DNA of 64,000 bases, from the NCBI GenBank assembly GCA_964194555.1, contig CAXMMT010000094.1, positions 1,890-65,889 of the forward strand, written 5' to 3'. Under the pieces are notes generated by a model. That model saw only the letters and a list, made by a program, of their open reading frames with translations. It was not told the origin of the DNA and did no database searches. Of this stretch, positions 46,714 through 55,349 are shown piece by piece (positions within the stretch are counted from its first letter, which is position 1; each line of letters starts with the position of its first letter). The position numbers were made by a program, and so were the translations under genes. This DNA comes from an uncultured Boseongicola sp. Lineage in GTDB: Bacteria > Actinomycetota > Acidimicrobiia > Spongiisociales > ZC4RG35.

Positions 46714-47979
46714 CTAAGGGAAGATCCCTCTAACCAATTTGGCGTCCGCCACGCGTTGGATTCCCTTCATCAGGGCCGCTGTCCTCATGTCCACTTTCTC
46801 CCTGACCGCTATCACGTGAACGTCTTCGTATCCGGCGATCATGATCTCCCGCAGACGCGCCACTATTTCGTTCTCGGTCCAGAAGTACTTCTGCACGTCC
46901 TGCACCCACTCGAAGTAGGAGACGGTGACGCCACCGGCGTTGGCAAGAATGTCGGGCACGACGAAGACTCCTCGCTCCTCGAGAATGTCGTCGGCGCCAA
47001 TGGTCGTCGGGCTGTTGGCGCCCTCGATGATGATCTTCGCCGTGATCTCGCCGGCGTTTTCAGCATGGATGACTCCCTGGATGGCCGCTGGGACGACGAC
47101 GTCGACGTCGAGCGTGAAGATCGAGTCCCCGTCGATGGAGTCGGCATCAGGGTATCCCTCGAGAAAGCGGTTCTCATCGACCCATCTGCCCACCGCTTCC
47201 ACGTCCAGGCCATCCTGGTTGTAGATCCCGCCCGAGATGTCGGACACCGCCACAACTTTGGTGTCCATTTGCTGGCCCGCAATGGCTGCATAACGGCCGA
47301 CATTCCCAAATCCGTGAATCGCCACCGAGGCTCCAACAGGGTTCAGATCGATTGCCGCGGCGGCCAGAGGAAGAAGAAACATCAGCCCGCGACCGGTGGC
47401 CTCGCGCCGAGCGATGCTCCCGCCCAGGGCGGGAGGCTTCCCGGTGACCACAGCGGGAACCGAATGCCCAACATGCTGTGAGTAGGTGTCCATCATCCAC
47501 GCCATCACCTGCTCATTAGTTCCAAGATCAGGTGCCGGAATGTCCTGGTCCGGGCCGATCACATTGATGATCTCCATCGTGTACCGCCGGGTCACACGTT
47601 GCAGTTCAGCCCGCGACACCTCGAGCGGGTTGATGCGAACCCCACCTTTGGCTCCGCCGAATGGAACGCCAACGATGGAGCACTTCCAGGTCATCAGCAT
47701 CGCCAGTGCCGAAATCTCACCGAGATCGATGTCAGGAGCGAATCGAATGCCGCCCTTTGTGGGCCCCATCGTCGTCAGATGTTGGACTCGATATCCGAAG
47801 ATCGTTTCGACCTCGGTGTAGTCATCATGTCGGAAAGGAAAACTCACAACGGTGGACTTCTGGGGGCCGCGAAGCCGACCGGTTACGTTGTCGTCCAGCC
47901 CCATCAGGCTTGCCACACGGTCGAACTGGGCAACAGCCTCGTGGTACATCGGTGAATCGAATTCGTGTCCGGGTCCCAA
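46714..47979 (-). CDS. gdhA: Glu/Leu/Phe/Val dehydrogenase (glutamate dehydrogenase type)
   Basis: GPTKGGIRF, MTWKC, GGAKGG, DIPAPD, GFGNVG, EGANSP, NAGGVTVSYFEWVQ. Confidence 0.95.
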   Translation of the reverse strand: MGPGHEFDSPMYHEAVAQFDRVASLMGLDDNVTGRLRGPQKSTVVSFPFRHDDYTEVETIFGYRVQHLTTMGPTKGGIRFAPDIDLGEISALAMLMTWKCSIVGVPFGGAKGGVRINPLEVSRAELQRVTRRYTMEIINVIGPDQDIPAPDLGTNEQVMAWMMDTYSQHVGHSVPAVVTGKPPALGGSIARREATGRGLMFLLPLAAAAIDLNPVGASVAIHGFGNVGRYAAIAGQQMDTKVVAVSDISGGIYNQDGLDVEAVGRWVDENRFLEGYPDADSIDGDSIFTLDVDVVVPAAIQGVIHAENAGEITAKIIIEGANSPTTIGADDILEERGVFVVPDILANAGGVTVSYFEWVQDVQKYFWTENEIVARLREIMIAGYEDVHVIAVREKVDMRTAALMKGIQRVADAKLVRGIFP

Positions 47980-48054
47980 TTGGTCCTCCGTTGACTACCT
48001 GCCCAGGGGCATCCTATGCCGTCGCATCGGTAGTGTTAGGACTCCTCAGGAATC

Positions 48055-48076
48055 TGTCACAGACAGGCCGTACCTT
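48055..48076 (+). promoter_or_regulatory. RecA-NDp/PafBC-type promoter
   Basis: TGTCAC-N10-TACCTT, then 6 nt to ATG 48083. Confidence 0.7.
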
Positions 48077-48082
48077 GCCGGT

Positions 48083-48232
48083 ATGAAGACATTGACATCA
48101 ACGCAGGCAGACCATCCAATGACCCAACCCACTCCTGAGGAGATCTTTGCCGACCCGGTTTCGTACCTACGCCCGCTCGGTATCGAAGCCGTCTTGGTGA
48201 TTGAGCCCGAGACACTCCCGAAGGCTGCCTGA
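48083..48232 (+). CDS. 49-aa leaderless protein ahead of adnAB
   Basis: ATG exactly at the predicted transcription start; ends 15 nt before adnA. Confidence 0.55.
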   Translation: MKTLTSTQADHPMTQPTPEEIFADPVSYLRPLGIEAVLVIEPETLPKAA

Positions 48233-48247
48233 CCCTACGATCGTCCC

Positions 48248-51205
48248 ATGGACGCAACGGATACTCGAGTCGAGCCTGACAACTGGGACCAGGCCCTCCA
48301 TGACGTGGACGGCCACCAGATCGTCGTGGCGGGGCCGGGTACGGGGAAGACCGAGTTCCTGGTCCGCCGGACGAAACATCTGGTGAGCCATGGTCACGCA
48401 CGACGGGACGAGATCGTTGTGCTCTGCTTCTCCAGAAGGGCATCTGCAGACCTCAGAAGACGAATCGAATCAGCGCTCGGCGCAACCGGTGTGCCCATCG
48501 ACACGACGACCTTTCACAGTCTCGCTCTCCGCCTTCTGGAGAGCGCATCCGAGGGTCAACGTCCCAAACCGCTCACCACCCCGGAACAGGTTGCTGTTGT
48601 CGCTTCAATCCTCCGGGAAGAGGACCAGGCGGATTGGCCGTATCTCTACCGGGGCATCCTCTCGACGTCGGCCTTCGCCGCCGAGGTCGCCGACTTCTTG
48701 ATGCGATGCTCCGAGCGTCTTCTGACGCCCGCCGACCTCGCTGCTCGGTCCAAGGAGCGAGCCGACTGGCGTGGGCTGCCCGGTCTCTACCAGCGCTATC
48801 TGGCTCGATTGAATGAGACAGCCAGGACCGACTACGGGGTGCTGCTGGTGGCCGCGGTCAATCTGTTGAAGTCCGAATCCGGCCAAGCACTTGCCGGGCA
48901 ATACCGATATGTGCTGGTAGACGAGTATCAGGACACCAGCCCTGTGCAAGCAGAAATCGCCGAACTCCTTGCCCGGTCACATGGAAACCTCACAGTGACC
49001 GGTGACCCCTACCAGTCGATCTACTCCTTCCGGGGAGCCGAACTCCGCAATATCGCCGACTTCTCCTCGACCCACCCGGATTCGACGCGTTATGTCCTAT
49101 CCCGGAGCTTTCGGGTGCCCGAGGCGATTCTCGAGTCGGCGTTGCGTGTTGTCTCGCCAGGTCACCTTCCAGGCGGTGTGGGGCCCGTTGATCCGGCGCC
49201 TCATGAGGGACGGTCGGAGGCATTTATCTTCGACCAGGAGACGGCCGAAGCCGAGTGGATAGCCCGAGAGGTCGAGAACTCCATCAGAGTCGAGGGAATT
49301 CACCCCTCGTCGATCGCCGTCCTGACCAGATCGAAACGCGAGCTGGTCAGCGAATTGTCCCGGGCTCTTGGGCGAAGAGGGATCCCCCACGATCCGCCCG
49401 ATAGCCGTCTGGTGGATCATCCAGCGGTTCGCCTGTTTCATGATCTGGTCACCGTGGCACTCACCGGTGGAAGCCTTCCCACGACGTCTGCGCTCCAGGC
49501 AGCGGACGCCGACCGGGCAATGCGGCGTGTTCTCCTGGGACCGCTTCTCGGCCTCGGCCTCGGCCAGGAACGGGCGCTTCTGCGGGAGCGCCGTCGGACA
49601 TGGGCTCCCTGGGCTCATGTCATTCGCCAGAAACTGAGCGACTGGCCGGGGCTCGCCGATCTCATCGAGAACGCCGATTGGGCTACTGCCGGCACCGCAG
49701 CCAACAGTTTCTGGCACGCCTGGACCACCCTGGAAGGCATTGCCGATCTCGTCGATGATGCAAGCCGACTCGAATGGCGTCGGGCCTGGGCCGCATTCGC
49801 TCAGGTCCTTTCGAGACAGGCCGACCGCGACCCGGATCTGAGCCTCGCCCGCTTCTTCGAGTTGACCGAGGAAGACGACTTCGAGGCGACTCCACTTCTC
49901 TCGCATAGGCTCGCCGAGGACCGGGTGACACTCACAACACTGCATCAGGCCAAAGGTCTCGAGTTCGATGTCGTCTTCATCGCCAATGCCGTGGAAGGTG
50001 TCTTTCCGGACCTTCGACGGAGCCGAAGGATGCTCCGACCCGAGTTGCTCTCCCCCGAGCGAACGGTCGACCAGAACGCTCAGCACCTATTTCAGCTGCA
50101 GGAGGAAATGCGTCTCGCCTACACGGCGATGACCAGAGCGCGTCTCCGAGTGGTGTGGACCGCAACCGAAGCCGGCATCGACCAGGGAGAGCACCGACCG
50201 TCTCGGTTCCTGATCGCGGCATCAGGTGTGGGCGAACTCGCCCAGCTAGGCCCACCGAAAGAGGTGATCAGAGACCCGGTGACTCTCAGCGAAGCAGAAA
50301 CGGCCCTTCGCAGGGACCTCCTGGACCCGACAGCGCCGCCGGTTCGTCGTCTCGCAGCCGCCGGAGTCCTCGCCCAATCCGATGCCAGAAGGTGGGACGC
50401 TTCCTCCTTCCCCGGCGTCCCGGTGGCGGGTCCCGATTCTCCCATTCTCGGAGACACGATCCACCTCTCCCCCAGCCAGGCCGACAGTTACCAACGATGC
50501 CCCCGCCAGTATGCACTCGAACGCCGACTCCGGCTTGGCAGCGCCTCGTCTCCATATGCCCATTTCGGATCTCTCGTTCATGCAGCGCTCGAGAAGGTGG
50601 AAAGACCCATTATCGGGACCGGGCTTCACCATGCCGCCATCGACCAGGCCATCGAGTGTCTCGAAGACGTCTGGGTAGACGCCAACTTCGGCACACCAGA
50701 GTTGAATCGGGCGTGGCTTCGAAAGGCGATAGATGCCGTAACCAAGTTATACGAAAATTGGCCTTCCAAGGATGGAGTCCCTATCGACCTCGAGTTGAAG
50801 GTCGAGGCTGTCATCGCGGGAGTGCGTTGGGTTGGCATCATCGACCGGATCGAATCCACTCAGGAGGGCCTGAGAATCATCGACTACAAGACGTCGACCA
50901 CCGCGATGACCGTCGCAGAAGCAGCCGAGTCTCTTCAACTCGGCTTCTACAGCACCGCAGTTGATGCCGGCGATGACCATGTCGCGGAGGCCCAGCTCTG
51001 GTATCCGAGAACCGGAACAAAGTCGGTCTCTACCCGCTCGCTCGACATGGAGAGCCTCGAAAAGGTGCAAGAGGAAATGGAACGGGTCACAACAGCCATT
51101 CGATCCGAGAATTGGGCACCCGTTGTCGGATCACCCTGTGAGAGGTGCGCTTTTCGGATGTCATGTCCGGCCTGGCCTGAAGGTAGCGGAGCTTTTCTCC
51201 CATGA
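48248..51205 (+). CDS. adnA: AdnA-like UvrD helicase-nuclease
   Basis: AGPGTGKT, DEYQD, GDPYQSIYSFRGA, HQAKGLEF, YTAMTRAR; nuclease IIDRI, DYKT, CERC...CP. Confidence 0.88.
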   Translation: MDATDTRVEPDNWDQALHDVDGHQIVVAGPGTGKTEFLVRRTKHLVSHGHARRDEIVVLCFSRRASADLRRRIESALGATGVPIDTTTFHSLALRLLESASEGQRPKPLTTPEQVAVVASILREEDQADWPYLYRGILSTSAFAAEVADFLMRCSERLLTPADLAARSKERADWRGLPGLYQRYLARLNETARTDYGVLLVAAVNLLKSESGQALAGQYRYVLVDEYQDTSPVQAEIAELLARSHGNLTVTGDPYQSIYSFRGAELRNIADFSSTHPDSTRYVLSRSFRVPEAILESALRVVSPGHLPGGVGPVDPAPHEGRSEAFIFDQETAEAEWIAREVENSIRVEGIHPSSIAVLTRSKRELVSELSRALGRRGIPHDPPDSRLVDHPAVRLFHDLVTVALTGGSLPTTSALQAADADRAMRRVLLGPLLGLGLGQERALLRERRRTWAPWAHVIRQKLSDWPGLADLIENADWATAGTAANSFWHAWTTLEGIADLVDDASRLEWRRAWAAFAQVLSRQADRDPDLSLARFFELTEEDDFEATPLLSHRLAEDRVTLTTLHQAKGLEFDVVFIANAVEGVFPDLRRSRRMLRPELLSPERTVDQNAQHLFQLQEEMRLAYTAMTRARLRVVWTATEAGIDQGEHRPSRFLIAASGVGELAQLGPPKEVIRDPVTLSEAETALRRDLLDPTAPPVRRLAAAGVLAQSDARRWDASSFPGVPVAGPDSPILGDTIHLSPSQADSYQRCPRQYALERRLRLGSASSPYAHFGSLVHAALEKVERPIIGTGLHHAAIDQAIECLEDVWVDANFGTPELNRAWLRKAIDAVTKLYENWPSKDGVPIDLELKVEAVIAGVRWVGIIDRIESTQEGLRIIDYKTSTTAMTVAEAAESLQLGFYSTAVDAGDDHVAEAQLWYPRTGTKSVSTRSLDMESLEKVQEEMERVTTAIRSENWAPVVGSPCERCAFRMSCPAWPEGSGAFLP

Positions 51206-54200
51206 GCCGAATGACGCCCTCCCTCGAACAGCAAGAGATTCTCGACCTGGGCCTCACCACCATCCGGGCCAGGGCCGGGGCGGGAACCGGCAAGACCACA
51301 ACCGTGGCAATGGTGATAGCCAACCTGATTGACAACCATGACATCGCTCCGGAGCAGATTCTCGGAATCACTTTCACCAACAAGGCCGCAGCCGAACTGG
51401 CAGATCGCGTCCGTCAGACTCTTTCCGATGACCTCGACCCGGGTCGTCAGATAGAGGTTCATACCTATCACGGGTTTGCCGCGAAGATTCTGTCAGAGTT
51501 TGGTGCACTCGCCGGCGTCGACAACCGGGCCAAGATCATTACTCCCACGTTTGGCCGACAACTGATGAGCGAGACCTTCCATCACCGGTCCTACGAAAGC
51601 CTCGACATCACCCAACCCCGAACACTCGACAAAATCCGCCGTTTCGGCGACCGACTCGGTGACCACCTACTCGAGGCCAGTGATGTTCTGGAAACCGCCG
51701 CAGACCACGAGGACGAGATTTGGGACTCACGCCGGGAAATGGCCGAAACCCTCGTCCAGTTCGCAGCCGACAAGAGGCGTCTACGAGTCGTGGATTACTC
51801 AGATCTGGTGACACTCTCCACCCGGGTCGTCCAGAACCATCCCGAGTTGGCCGCTACCATCAAGGAGAGATATCGAGCCGTCATTCTCGACGAGTACCAG
51901 GACACCAACCCGGCCCAAAGAGTTCTCTTGAGGACCATCTTCGACTCCGGTTTCCCGGTGATCGCCGTGGGCGACGAGGATCAGACGATTTACGAGTGGC
52001 GAGGGGCCTCCGCCCAGAACTTCGAGCTCTTCCCGGAGCATTTCACCAAGGGGAGTGGCGAGGCGGCAAGCCGTAAGGGACTCACTCTCAACAGACGCTC
52101 CACCCAGGCGATCCTCGACGTGGCCAACGAGATCAGGCTCGAAGCGAATGCCGGGGCGGACGCACTTCAAGCGGTCGACCCTGACGCCAAGGGCGATGTG
52201 GTCACCTATTGGGCAAACGACGCCCTCGAGGAGGCGGAGTGGATTGCCCGTACCTTTGAACAACTCCATCAAAGCGGCAGTCGCTGGTCTGAAATGGCCG
52301 TTCTCTTCAGAAAGAACAAGAACTTCTCTGTCGTGGTCGACGCGATGAGCCGTCACGACATACCGATCGAAGTGGCAAACATCGGTGGGCTCTTCTCCGT
52401 CGCCGAAGTCTCCGACCTCAGAGCCTGGCTGACCGCCCTTGAAGATCCCGAGGACTCCCCTGGCATCATCCAGATCCTCTTCGGCAGCCGGTATCGGCTG
52501 GGCATGGCCGATCTTGCACCGTTGACCCGCTGGGTCGCGGGAGCCGAGAACCATGACGACGCCGAAGAGGCCGCTCCCATCACCCTGATGGAGGCCATCG
52601 AGCACTATGGGGAGATTCCTGGTTTGCGGGACGAGGCCCGCTACGCCCTGGAGCGTTTTCTGGGTGTCTATAGGGACGTGCTCATCGAAAGCCAGGGGCT
52701 GACGCTCGTTGAAACCTGTCGAACGATTCTCGACCGAACTCGGGCATGGCAAGACATCGAGGCCTTGCCCCCAAACGCACGTCTCACCGCCCGCCTCAAC
52801 ATCTATCGTCTTCTCGACCTGGCCGAGGATTGGAGCCCACTTCGGGGAAGACCTTCGGTCGGAGCCTTTCTCGACTATCTGAAGGCGATGGAATCCGAAC
52901 CCGCCGAGGAACTCGACGCTGCCCATCTCTCGGGCGAAGAGGCGGTGACTCTTGTCACCGTCCATCGTGCCAAAGGACTCGAGTGGGAGAGTGTCGCCAT
53001 CCCCGCAGTCACCAAAGGCAACTTCCCCAGCCGCTCCCAGCAGTATTCTGACCCAATCCGGTTCGCAGAGCATGTCCCGGTCTCCATGCGGATCGACACC
53101 ATCATGGATGACATGCCAGACGAGGAAGACGGGCGTGCGGACTACCTTCGTGCCCAACACCGGAGCCAGGAGTGGAGGGTCGCCTACGTCGCCGTCACCA
53201 GGGCCAAGAAGCGTCTTTTTCTCTCGGGAGCACACTGGTACGGACTGCCGGAGCCGTCCAAGCAATCCAAAGATCCGTCGGAGTTGTTCGCGATCGTCGA
53301 GAACCATGACGTGAGCCGAAGCGCCGGCCACGCCGAACTTGGCGAGCGACCTGGCATTCTCAGATCCCCCCATCGAGAAACCAGCCCGGATCCCCTATTC
53401 CGGGACGGATGGGAGGCGGGGCTTCGGGCCGCGATCGAGAACCCCGCCGCAATGGAGGAAATCGCAGCAGCGAGCGGTGTCGGAGACGAGTATGAGCGAT
53501 TCGTGGCCGACATCAACCAGCGACTCTTCAAACTCGCAGCGCCCGCATCAGACGAGACCGTCGACGATCACGACACCGTCTCCGTCACCGGTCTGGTGAC
53601 ATACGCACAGTGTCCGAAGAGGTTCTTCTGGACCAATGTCGATCCTCTGCCCCGACGACCCAACCCGGCCGCTAATCGGGGAACAGAGGTTCACCGTCGC
53701 ATCGAACTCCACCAGAAGGGCCAGGTTCCGTTTGAAGAAATGACTGACGATCTCTATGACGTCGTCCAAGGAGACGCCTCGTCCGGGCCTGGCGCGTTCG
53801 AAACCTACTTGAGCTCCAGATTTGCCGACAAGACGGCCACGATGATCGAGGTTCCGTTCTCGCTGGAACTCGACACCGGGTACCTCCTCCGGGGAAGAAT
53901 CGATGCCGTCTACTGCGACAACGGCAGATGGGAGGTGGTCGACTTCAAGAGCGGCCGCCCGCGCGCCGACCCTGCACTTGACGTCCAATTGCAGGCATAC
54001 GCGGTAGCTGCAACCGAAGTCGACTTTGGCATCACCAAACCCGAGACCCTCGATGTCACTTTCGCCTACCTGGGTGGGGGTCTCACCGAGGTCACCCACT
54101 CGGCCAATGACCGCTGGGTATCGAATGCGCGAGAATCACTCAATACCCTCACCGGTCGAATCTCCGCTTCGGAGTTTGAGGAGAGCCCGGGGTCGTGGTG

Positions 54201-54258
54201 CGCCTCGTGCGACTTCTTGCAATTCTGTGGTCCTGGGCAGAAAGAAGTCGAAAGATGA
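51202..54258 (+). CDS. adnB: AdnB-like UvrD helicase-nuclease
   Basis: AGAGTGKT, TFTNKAA, DEYQDTN, HRAKGLEW, YVAVTRAK; nuclease RGRIDAV, VDFKSG. Confidence 0.9.
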   Translation: MSRMTPSLEQQEILDLGLTTIRARAGAGTGKTTTVAMVIANLIDNHDIAPEQILGITFTNKAAAELADRVRQTLSDDLDPGRQIEVHTYHGFAAKILSEFGALAGVDNRAKIITPTFGRQLMSETFHHRSYESLDITQPRTLDKIRRFGDRLGDHLLEASDVLETAADHEDEIWDSRREMAETLVQFAADKRRLRVVDYSDLVTLSTRVVQNHPELAATIKERYRAVILDEYQDTNPAQRVLLRTIFDSGFPVIAVGDEDQTIYEWRGASAQNFELFPEHFTKGSGEAASRKGLTLNRRSTQAILDVANEIRLEANAGADALQAVDPDAKGDVVTYWANDALEEAEWIARTFEQLHQSGSRWSEMAVLFRKNKNFSVVVDAMSRHDIPIEVANIGGLFSVAEVSDLRAWLTALEDPEDSPGIIQILFGSRYRLGMADLAPLTRWVAGAENHDDAEEAAPITLMEAIEHYGEIPGLRDEARYALERFLGVYRDVLIESQGLTLVETCRTILDRTRAWQDIEALPPNARLTARLNIYRLLDLAEDWSPLRGRPSVGAFLDYLKAMESEPAEELDAAHLSGEEAVTLVTVHRAKGLEWESVAIPAVTKGNFPSRSQQYSDPIRFAEHVPVSMRIDTIMDDMPDEEDGRADYLRAQHRSQEWRVAYVAVTRAKKRLFLSGAHWYGLPEPSKQSKDPSELFAIVENHDVSRSAGHAELGERPGILRSPHRETSPDPLFRDGWEAGLRAAIENPAAMEEIAAASGVGDEYERFVADINQRLFKLAAPASDETVDDHDTVSVTGLVTYAQCPKRFFWTNVDPLPRRPNPAANRGTEVHRRIELHQKGQVPFEEMTDDLYDVVQGDASSGPGAFETYLSSRFADKTATMIEVPFSLELDTGYLLRGRIDAVYCDNGRWEVVDFKSGRPRADPALDVQLQAYAVAATEVDFGITKPETLDVTFAYLGGGLTEVTHSANDRWVSNARESLNTLTGRISASEFEESPGSWCASCDFLQFCGPGQKEVER

Positions 54259-54878
54259 GTGTGGCGGCCGCCATCGGGGCAGGCATAGTCGGCTACCTGA
54301 TCGGTTCGTTACCCACGGCCGAGTGGCTGGGGAAACGGGCAGCGGTCGATCTTCGTCGGGAGGGCTCGACGAACCCGGGAGCCAACAACGCTCTGCGACT
54401 CGTCGGACCACGCCTGGCCGCCGCCGTCCTGGCCACCGAGATGGCCAAAGGTGTTATCGCCGTTGTCGCCGGCGCCGCCCTGGCCGGTGACATCGGCGCG
54501 GTGTTGGCCGGGGTCTGTGCAGTCACCGGAAACGTCTTCAACAGCTACTACGGATTCCGGGGAGGCAAGGGTCTCGGGATCAGTGCCGGGGTCCTCACCG
54601 CTATTTGGCCCACTGTGCTTGTGCCGGTGCTGGCCGTGCTGGTCATCACGGTTCTCATCACCCGATCATCCGGTGCAGCGACGATCGTCACCATTGTCGC
54701 CTTCAACATCATGGCCATACTCTGGGCCTCCCTCCTATGGCCGATGGCCTGGGGAATAGCCGCCACCGCACAGCTTCTCCTGCTGTCACTGGGAATAGGT
54801 CTCATTCTGTGGAACAGACATTGGACCGACTCACCCTTCAGCCGACAACACCGTCATTCACTTCGAGAACCAGCGTGA
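54255..54878 (+). CDS. plsY: Glycerol-3-phosphate acyltransferase PlsY
   Basis: YLIGS.P, GSTNPGANN, FRGGKG. Confidence 0.88.
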   Translation: MSVAAAIGAGIVGYLIGSLPTAEWLGKRAAVDLRREGSTNPGANNALRLVGPRLAAAVLATEMAKGVIAVVAGAALAGDIGAVLAGVCAVTGNVFNSYYGFRGGKGLGISAGVLTAIWPTVLVPVLAVLVITVLITRSSGAATIVTIVAFNIMAILWASLLWPMAWGIAATAQLLLLSLGIGLILWNRHWTDSPFSRQHRHSLREPA

Positions 54879-55293
54879 CAGGGCCGTCGTTCGTCAGTTC
54901 AACATCCATCATCGCCCCGAAGACGCCATGGGCTGTGACGATGCCGCGCTCCCGAAACGAGTGGATCATCCGATCGATCAGCGGACCGGCATGTCCAGGC
55001 CGGGCAGCATCGGTGAATGACGGACGGCGACCTCGCTTCATATCTCCTGCCAGGGTGAACTGACTCACGACCAGCACCTGACCGTCGACATCCACCAGCG
55101 GGAGATTCATCTTCTCTGCGTCATCGTTGAACACTCTCAGCCCGGCAATCTTGTCCACCGCTGTATCAACGTCCCCGTAGCCGTCGCCATGCTCCACACC
55201 GACAAAGAGACACAATCCTCTCCCGATGCTCCCCACGACGCGGTCGTCGACACGCACCAGAGCTGAAGAAACTCGTTGCAGGACTATGCGCAC
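54838..55293 (-). CDS. dtd: D-aminoacyl-tRNA deacylase
   Basis: RIVLQRV, SQFTL, GRRPSF, NDGPVT. Confidence 0.96.
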   Translation of the reverse strand: MRIVLQRVSSALVRVDDRVVGSIGRGLCLFVGVEHGDGYGDVDTAVDKIAGLRVFNDDAEKMNLPLVDVDGQVLVVSQFTLAGDMKRGRRPSFTDAARPGHAGPLIDRMIHSFRERGIVTAHGVFGAMMDVELTNDGPVTLVLEVNDGVVG

Positions 55294-55349
55294 CGGTGTG
55301 ATTCTGGCAGCACCCCCAGGAAACACCGGAAGGTAAATAGAGTGTCGCG

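Noticed and set aside
51799-53373. 524-aa minus-strand ORF (likewise 49097-50086 and 62387-63595)
   Set aside because: Antisense shadows of adnB, adnA and moeB
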